This document shows positions 56,251 to 64,000 of a stretch of 64,000 nucleotides of DNA, piece after piece; positions within the stretch are counted from its first letter, which is position 1, and each line of letters opens with the position of its first letter. This stretch comes from Glaucostegus cemiculus (lineage: Eukaryota), in NCBI GenBank assembly GCA_976551045.1, contig CDPCPM010000012.1:2542001-2606000 (forward strand). The letters are read 5' to 3'. Made by a program: the position numbers and the translations under genes. The notes under the pieces are model-generated. The model ran no database searches. It was given only the letters and a program-made list of their open reading frames with translations, and had not been told where the DNA came from.

Positions 56251-56369
56251 CTGATCTTCAGTTAGCATAGAATGTGCACCTGATTCAAACCAAACACATG
56301 GAGTCAAGTCCCACTGGGCTCAAATTGGAAGACCAGACTCTAATCAGAAAGTCCTCCAGTTACTCATTT

Positions 56370-56804
<435 letters not shown>

Positions 56805-57638
56805 TTAGAATACAAACAAATTCTGCAAAGACGAATGCCTGCAGCAGTTTCAGAAGCTGACAGCATAAATACATATTATGCCTTTAAAAAATCTGCTTCA
56901 GCAAAAACATATGCCCATTGAAATCAGGTGTTATGTTGTACGTGTGGCCAACCACATACTGCCCATATTAACAAGTTCATGTAGCTTGTATAACACAATA
57001 CTAAAACAGAATACTATAAACAATTTGTACAAATACATACATTATAAATTATACCTAAAGACATAAAACTAAATAAAAAGTTCCAATTTCTATTGAATTC
57101 TACAGGGCAAAGAGCAGTGGATCATTGACACTGAATGGCAGGACTTCTGGCCAATAAATTAACCTGAGAAATACATTGGTGACTAAACAAATTAGAACAG
57201 AATTGCTTGTGATATTTGAGAGATTAACTACTGCAATACATGATGAAGGTGAAATAGTCTTCCAGGAACTGAGTGTTGCGTCTTATTACAAGATCGGTGT
57301 CGTATTTAGGCATCTTCACTGAGAGAAACAGATTAGCACTTTCAAAGGAATAACATTTTAAAACATTGCAAAAGAAACACTTGAAAATTAAGCAGTAAAA
57401 TAAAACCTTTGTGAAAAACCAATGGTTCAAATGTTTCTGACCCCAGCCACCTCAATTAGTGCGATAGCAGCAAAATCCATTAAGAGGGCCACACAGTCTC
57501 GTCTAACTGGGCAAAGTGGGTGAGAAATAGTGAGATGATGGACAAGGAACAAGTCACAGAGCCACAAAATAGAAAGATAAAATTGGATTCTATTTTTTAC
57601 TTGATAATAACTATTGGCTGTGTGCTCGGTAATACTTA

Positions 57639-57773
<135 letters not shown>

Positions 57774-58371
57774 TCATTAAGGTGAAATTCTATTCTTTGT
57801 CCATTTCAAAGTAGCAGCTAAGAACTTTTGTCAGTTTTCCCCATATAATCCACTTGAAACCAGCCACACCAGTGTTAAGGATCAAGGAATTTTAAGCACA
57901 GCTGAGTCTGAGTGCAAGTTAAACTTCCTCGGTCTTTCACACTGGTCTTACCCATAAAATTGGCCACATTCAAGCTAAGTTATTTAGGCACATGGATACT
58001 CGTAGGTACAATTATATTATACAGTATATTATTAACTTCCTTAGGAAATGAAATGAATAAGGGTTCTGCAGTTCTTTCAAGCTATCTTTATCATTAAGAA
58101 TCACATTACCAATAGATGCTGGTGCAAAAAACAAGCATATGGTATGATTTCATGATAAATCCGTGTTTAGCTATACTAATTAAGTTAATAAAACCAACTT
58201 AAATAAATTGATTAACACTTTTAAACAACAGGGTAAAATGCAATCTGTTGCTGATTCAAAAGATTTTCCTTTATGATGATACAAACATTTGAATAGAAAC
58301 TCCAACCAGAACCATTGCAGGTGAGTGCAGGTTTTGCATGTGTAAGGTAGCAGGTTAATCTCCAATTCTGA

Positions 58372-58712
58372 TGCAGCACAGTGGTGAAACTAGTACAGCT
58401 GCCACCTCACAGTTTCAATGACACAGTTTCAGTCCTGACCTCCGGTGCCATTAGTGTGAAGCATGCAAATTCTCCCTGTGATTGTGCTAGTTTCCTCTGG
58501 GTGCTACTGTTTTCTCCCACATTCCAAAGTGTAGGTTGGAAGGTTAAATGGCCATTGTAAATTGCCTTTAATGTGCACGTCAGTGGTAGAATCTGTGGAG
58601 AGTGGAGGTGAATGTGGGGAGAATAAAATGGGATTAGTGTTAATGGGTACTTCATGATTGGTGCAGGTATGGTGGGCTGAATGGCTAGTTTCCATGTTGA
58701 AGGACTCTGTGA
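58372..58712 (+). mobile_element. V-SINE (HE1-like)
   Basis: gcagcacagtggtg head, gtttcctctgggtgctactgttttctcccacattccaaag V-domain, gactctgtgac tail. Confidence 0.8.
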
Positions 58713-59929
58713 CACAATACTACTTTGAAAAACCTGTGTGGTTTGCGCCCAGATTTGCCATGGTCTCCAAATGGGAATTCCACTGCAGCAATTACAAATA
58801 GAATGCTGAAATATTACTTTCTTAAAATTCCTATCAGCTACTGGTCAAAATCAGGATTCTAACTCACACCTTTCCATTTCAAAAAGTATCTAATAACAAA
58901 TTCAAATGATGCCATCATCTAGAAAGTCCTCAATGGCCTTATGACACTGGGACAAAATGTCACCCTTTTTCACACTGGCAAAAGGTACAATAAAATGTAT
59001 ATACACACATTTGAAATTTGGTTTTATTGAACTGAATAGAAATGCATTGCAAGACTAGATTACAACACACACATTGTGCATTTAATGCAAGCAATCAAGA
59101 ACGAATTTCCTCTGTCTGTCTCTAATCCTATATCCTATCCTCTCATAAGGAGGACAAACCCACATAGCTCAATAAGTGAATTTTATAGTTGATCCTCTAC
59201 AATGACCAAGGCAGAAACACTTCATTCCTCTAATTCTTTGTGCACACCACCTCGCCCACTGCAATGTTTCCAGACACATTTGTCCTAAAGTTGCAGCTCC
59301 CTCTCAAACTTTGTTCCACTCCCTCTCTTTCTCCTTCCACGTTCAGAACCCTTTACAAGTTTTGGTGGTGGGGTGTGGGATGGGTGAGAAAGTGATGTAT
59401 TGTAAAACATTTGTATAATTTAGCATTTTAGTTTTCCTAAGCTGGACAAGATCTTTCCAGTTATTGAACTAGACAAATAGTAACAAATAAAATATAAATA
59501 TTACTCTGGAAATTCTTTTCCTGATCTAAACAGATGAAACAAATTCAGAAATCAGTACAGATGCAACCATAAAGCTCAAAAGGGAAAAGCATAGAATTTA
59601 GTGATATAAGGAGATGTGGGCAGGAATGCACAGGCCCATCTTCCTACCAAGTGAAATCAATAAGCTGGGTCGGTCCTGTATCAGTATCGAGTAAAATATT
59701 TCTTGCTGACACCAAAGTGCATCTTCTTTCTAAAGACTAGATAGTTCTTTCTTCTATATTTTAGAAAAAATAGTGTGAAATAGGGACAGGATTTGCAGGA
59801 TTGATCAAATCATTAATATTTTCAGTATTAATTCATTACATCATTACTAGCATTCTTCCATGAGGAGTTTTAGGTAGAAACTGAATGAAGTGATATATCA
59901 ATACTATGCTTTGTAAATTAAAATCAATA

Positions 59930-60060
59930 AATAAACTGCTGATGTGGGAAATTTGAAACAAAAACAGAAAGTGTTGGAAAAACTCAGCAGGTCAGACAGC
60001 ATCTGTGGAAAGAGCAATAATCAACCTTTTGCACCTGTGACCCTTCATCAGAACTGGGAA
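59930..60060. mobile_element. Same family as 51690, one arm
   Basis: aaaacagaaagtgttggaaaaactcagcaggtcagacagcatctgtgga...gacccttcatcagaactgg. Confidence 0.65.
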
Positions 60061-60660
60061 ATTTTTGTAATAACCAAGGTCCTCATTTTCTTTGAATATT
60101 CTCAAATTCCACAAATACAAGGCTTGATAAATAAAGACTGAACACAAGACATGTGCCATGATCTTTATAAACAAATTCTGACATCAGCAGAAGATGAAGG
60201 TTTTGTTTTACTACTCTCTTCAGTAAAGTTGCAGTGGCCCATATTTTTAAAAATGGGTCAAACATGAGAACTGTGTCAATGAAACTTGTCGTGATTGGCA
60301 TTTTCTATTTTAACTCTACCCTGTTCTGCAATTCAGTTGCTGTACGTGTGTTACAATGTTGGATCTGCTCTGGTAATCCTGACCTCCCTTCTCTAAAAGA
60401 TCACCCAGCAATGGCTGACATATTTTCATTGACCTGCATGACTGGGGCAATGTGATATAGCAGGAGAAATCCCTTAGCAACTGTTCAGATTTTTTTTCAG
60501 GCAGTCTTCTGTGTTTGTGAAGGTGAAGGCTGGCAGTGCTGGATTGAAGAACATTTTCCGGCACTGCAACTGGGTAATGCTCAGGTAGAACCTACTCCAG
60601 TTCACAACTGAATGCCTTCACCAGCCTTTTGACTGCACAATAATTACATTCAATGCCATT

Positions 60661-60964
60661 TATTGATTTCCACGTTGGCTGGAAGAAACAGTTATTTGGG
60701 GGTGGTTCACTGGTCAGCAGATGATCAGAATGAACATGATTAAAATCTCTGTACTGATTCTTAATAAGTTACTTCAATCAGTCATGTTATTCAGAATAAC
60801 AAGAATAACATAATTCAGAATATTGATTTCCACGTCGGCTGGAAGAAACAGTTATTTGGGAGTGGTTCACTGGTCAGCAGATGATCAGAATGAACATGAT
60901 TAAAATCTCTGTACTGATTCTTAATAAGTTATTTCAATCAGTCATGTTATTCAGAATAACAAGA
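60661..60964 (+). repeat. Tandem duplication: 144 bp x2 (60661-60804, 60821-60964) with a 16-nt filler
   Basis: Period 160; 3 mismatches by eye (60676/60836, 60701/60861, 60772/60932). Confidence 0.96.
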
Positions 60965-61718
60965 TGGCGGCGCACACAGTTGCAGCGGCCTCTCCCGGGT
61001 CTATAGTGCTTTGTGTTTTTTGTTAGTCTTTTAGTGTTTTTGTGCTGTTTTTTTGGTGTGTTCTTTGTTCCTGATGTTTGTTCTTAATGTTTGTGTGCTT
61101 GGTGTTCGTTTTATGGAGTCGTTGTCTGTGCTGACGGCTCCGACAGCTCGTCGGAGCTCATCGGAGGCGACAGCGTGTCGAAGGCCCTGGATCCTCGTGG
61201 TGGCGTCAGGATGCGGGCGATGAGGGGGCTGCCCGGGCCGGAGGTGGTCGGCCTGCGGGGCCGGAGGTCGTCGGACTGTGGGGCCGGAGGCGAAGGAGCC
61301 GGAGGTCGTCGGACTGCGGGGCCGGAGGCGAAGGGGCCGGAGGTGGTCGGACTGCAGGGCCGGAGGTGGCCGGAGGCGAAGGGGCCGGAGGTGGTCGGAC
61401 TGCGGGGCCGGAGGTGGTCATCAGATCGGACTGCGGGGCCGGAGGTTCTTGTTGGACTGTGGGCCCGAAGGTTGTAGGACTGCGGGGGTTGGAGGTGGTC
61501 GTCGGTGCGGGGTGAGGCTGGGGGCTGGGAGATGTAATGTTGAGGTTCTGGGAGACGTGTTGTACCAGCAGACCAAAGTCCATGCGGCTCCAATGTTTTG
61601 ATGTTTTTGTCCTGTTGTCCTTTATTGTCTTTAATGTCTTTTGCACATTGGCCTGTGGAGTACGATATCTTGCCTTCATGTATACATGAAAGTGACAATA
61701 AACTGATTCTGATTCTGA
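60961..61718 (+). mobile_element. Non-autonomous retroelement with Rex1-type tail and internal GC-rich minisatellite
   Basis: Starts AAGATGGCGGCG, has a T/G-rich leader and CpG-rich body, and ends gtgacaataaactgattctgattctga, nearly identical to the Rex1 tail near 48520. Confidence 0.75.
61235..61510 (+). repeat. Compound minisatellite: 23-bp GAGGTGGTCGGACTGCGGGGCCG units mixed with 15-bp GAGGCGAAGGGGCCG units
   Basis: Read directly; units decay toward the 3' side. Confidence 0.92.
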
Positions 61719-62800
61719 ACTTGTGAAATGATATACAAATCAACTTCTCAAATTTATGAAAGCAAAGCCTCTCTAACAGACCTTGTTACTTTCTAGATGT
61801 AAATTTGATTTTTTTATTCATGTGTATTTGCACTTGGACCAGTTACAAAGCAGTGTTTGTCATTATATCTATACTGCTTTTACCTTTTCACTCTAGAACC
61901 ACTTGAAAATATGTAGGTTTAAGGTAAGGGAAAGGTAGGGTGTGAGATGGTTGGAGAAAACAGCTGGAATCAACATATTAAAAAAGATTTTGCTTAGGAA
62001 TCAATTCCTTGCCCTGTTTAAGGGTCAAATTATAGATAATTTTTGACTTTTTAAAATATCTATGTTTATTACATCCTCTATTACAGACGAAAAGACTTGA
62101 TCAATGCATTTTCTACAGTACATGGAAGCATGTTTCAATCATAGAAATGACTTCACCAGCATGGTTTAAGAAGACAGGCAGCTTGGATGCTTATTCTTGG
62201 TGTCTTGTCACTTGTAAAAGCAACCTATGTAAATGTACTAATCATTAATATTAGAACAAAACAGAATGGGAAATAATATTTTTGTAAGTGCACTAATTTA
62301 ATGTAATATTCAAAACAAAACCGGATTCCTTGCTGTAAATATACCAATAATGTTGCTTTCAGGTTCCACTAATTTTTATTCTTTCATCTTGTTAATTACT
62401 ATCTTTCATTTCCTGTAGTGTCACATTAGTCTGCACTGCACTTCGAAGATTTTTTGTTCATAATTGCAAAGATAATGAACTTCAGCCCAGCTTGGTACAA
62501 GCTTTGCTGAGTGTGGTTAAGGCTTTGAGCTGCTTACAAGTCCATCGCCAGGAGTCTGCAGTGAGATGCAATAAAATAATCAGCATTTGTTGGGAAGACA
62601 GACAATCCAAATATGCACTCCAGTAATGTAGAATTATTTACTTGTGAAGGCCAAATTTGCAGGTTCAAAATTCTGAAGGAAGGCAATTCTGACAGATTCT
62701 GTTCTAAAACACACAGATCTCCCATTCACTGCATAATAATTAACTTCAGAGTGTACATTCTATAACTGCAAATTAAAACATCTGAGTTGCAATATATATT

Positions 62801-62803
<3 letters not shown>

Positions 62804-62850
<47 letters not shown>
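62804..62850. repeat. (GT)n microsatellite, about 23 units
   Basis: Read directly. Confidence 0.97.
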
Positions 62851-62851
<1 letters not shown>

Positions 62852-64000
62852 TGTCTACGTACACAAAATTATTCAACCCATTCACGATGAGAAATTTTTA
62901 TCACAGCCTTAGACATCTCATTAGCAAAATAAGTCATAGTGGCATCTTGATCATCATTTCCCATCAATAACCATTGATTGCTGAAAGTTGGTCTAATGCT
63001 ACATATTGAGATTACTTTGCATTAAAGCACAGAGCTTTCAATTAACTGCATAACCAACAGAACATGGTATCTCTTTTGTCACAATAATAATTTAAAGACT
63101 GGGGAAAATTTCCATTATTTACTCAAACACATGTTACCGCACAGCATACTATAAGTGAATTACCTATTTCACTGTCCAGTTCCTCTGTGTGTACCCCTTC
63201 TTCTCCAAGGCAAGTGCACCAAGCAAGGGCAGAATAAAGCAACAGAAGAGAATTTAGCTAAAATTAAAAGTTATAGCAACAACCAGAGATCCAACTCCCA
63301 ATGGCAGTAGCATCAACTACATAGGTACTTCAAGAGACAGAGTGAAACAAAAAGCAATCAGCAAAATGACAGGTCTTCCCAAGAATGTCAGATATTCCAC
63401 ACTATTAAAGTTACTACATCCATTTTGTCTTGCACTACCAAATGACTTAATGCAAAAAGGAAACAATATTTGTTATTTTACTTATTCTTAAATATATTAG
63501 AATGCTTTAAATCCTATAGTTGCTATCATTTGTTTAAAAAATTGTCAATTGTTCTTTAAGTTTTTGCTTGTTAATGCAAGAACAAAGATTCCAAATTGGA
63601 ATTAGTAAAGAAGGCAGGATATCAAATAAAGAGGTGGATGTTGTAACTTTAATACAAGTGAATACCAAAGACATAATCCAAGAAAGAAATCCCATATGTC
63701 CAACTGAAAATACCATCAAAATAGTAAATATATTTCATGCTCTTAGACTTCTAAAGTCATAAAGCTATCATCCATTTAAAATTCAAAAGATAACATCTGA
63801 ACAGAGATAATCTTTTCAGAGTTGGAGATTGAGGATAAATTACCATAAAATGAAAAAGGTTTCAAATTGTGTCAATTTAATAATGGAAATTTTCAAAGTA
63901 TTTATCCCTCAGAATTTCCAATTATTTTACTGCCTTTTCTACTTCAGAGTCCTTGTACCTGTTGTAGACCCAAATTCATGCCCATTTTAGCTGGAAACAT

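Noticed and set aside
61235-61510. Repeat array as a CRISPR-like locus
   Set aside because: There are no unique spacers and no cas genes, and the context is a vertebrate intron.
61091-61743. ORFs of 107-210 aa as a novel gene
   Set aside because: Low-complexity translations of a GC-rich repeat, open in several frames on both strands, with no recognisable domain.

Overview
This window is vertebrate genomic DNA. The repeat families (CR1, L2 and Rex1-type LINEs, V-SINE/HE1-like and Deu-domain SINEs, Penelope-like remnants) suggest a cartilaginous fish, probably a ray or shark (inference). The whole window appears to lie inside one minus-strand gene, MAGI1. I traced 15 coding exons by hand with GT-AG boundaries and consistent phases, from the end of WW2 (56781) through PDZ1-PDZ5 to the alternative C-terminal region (5759). 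The upstream exons and the long MAGI-1C terminal exon appear to lie outside the window. I see no prokaryotic-type system and no convincing new gene. The most notable points are: (1) the MAGI-1A/B/C C-terminal splicing switch appears preserved, with a possible frame-restoring +4 donor; (2) tandem splice sites and long AG-free acceptor zones; (3) a 3-Gln tract where mammals have a long polyQ; (4) a young CR1 with an intact RT ORF; (5) a CpG-rich non-autonomous Rex1-tailed element with an internal minisatellite; (6) two Rex1-type insertions whose 5' junctions abut local duplications. Comparisons with human MAGI1 and repeat consensuses are from memory, not from a search. Boundaries of old repeats are approximate.
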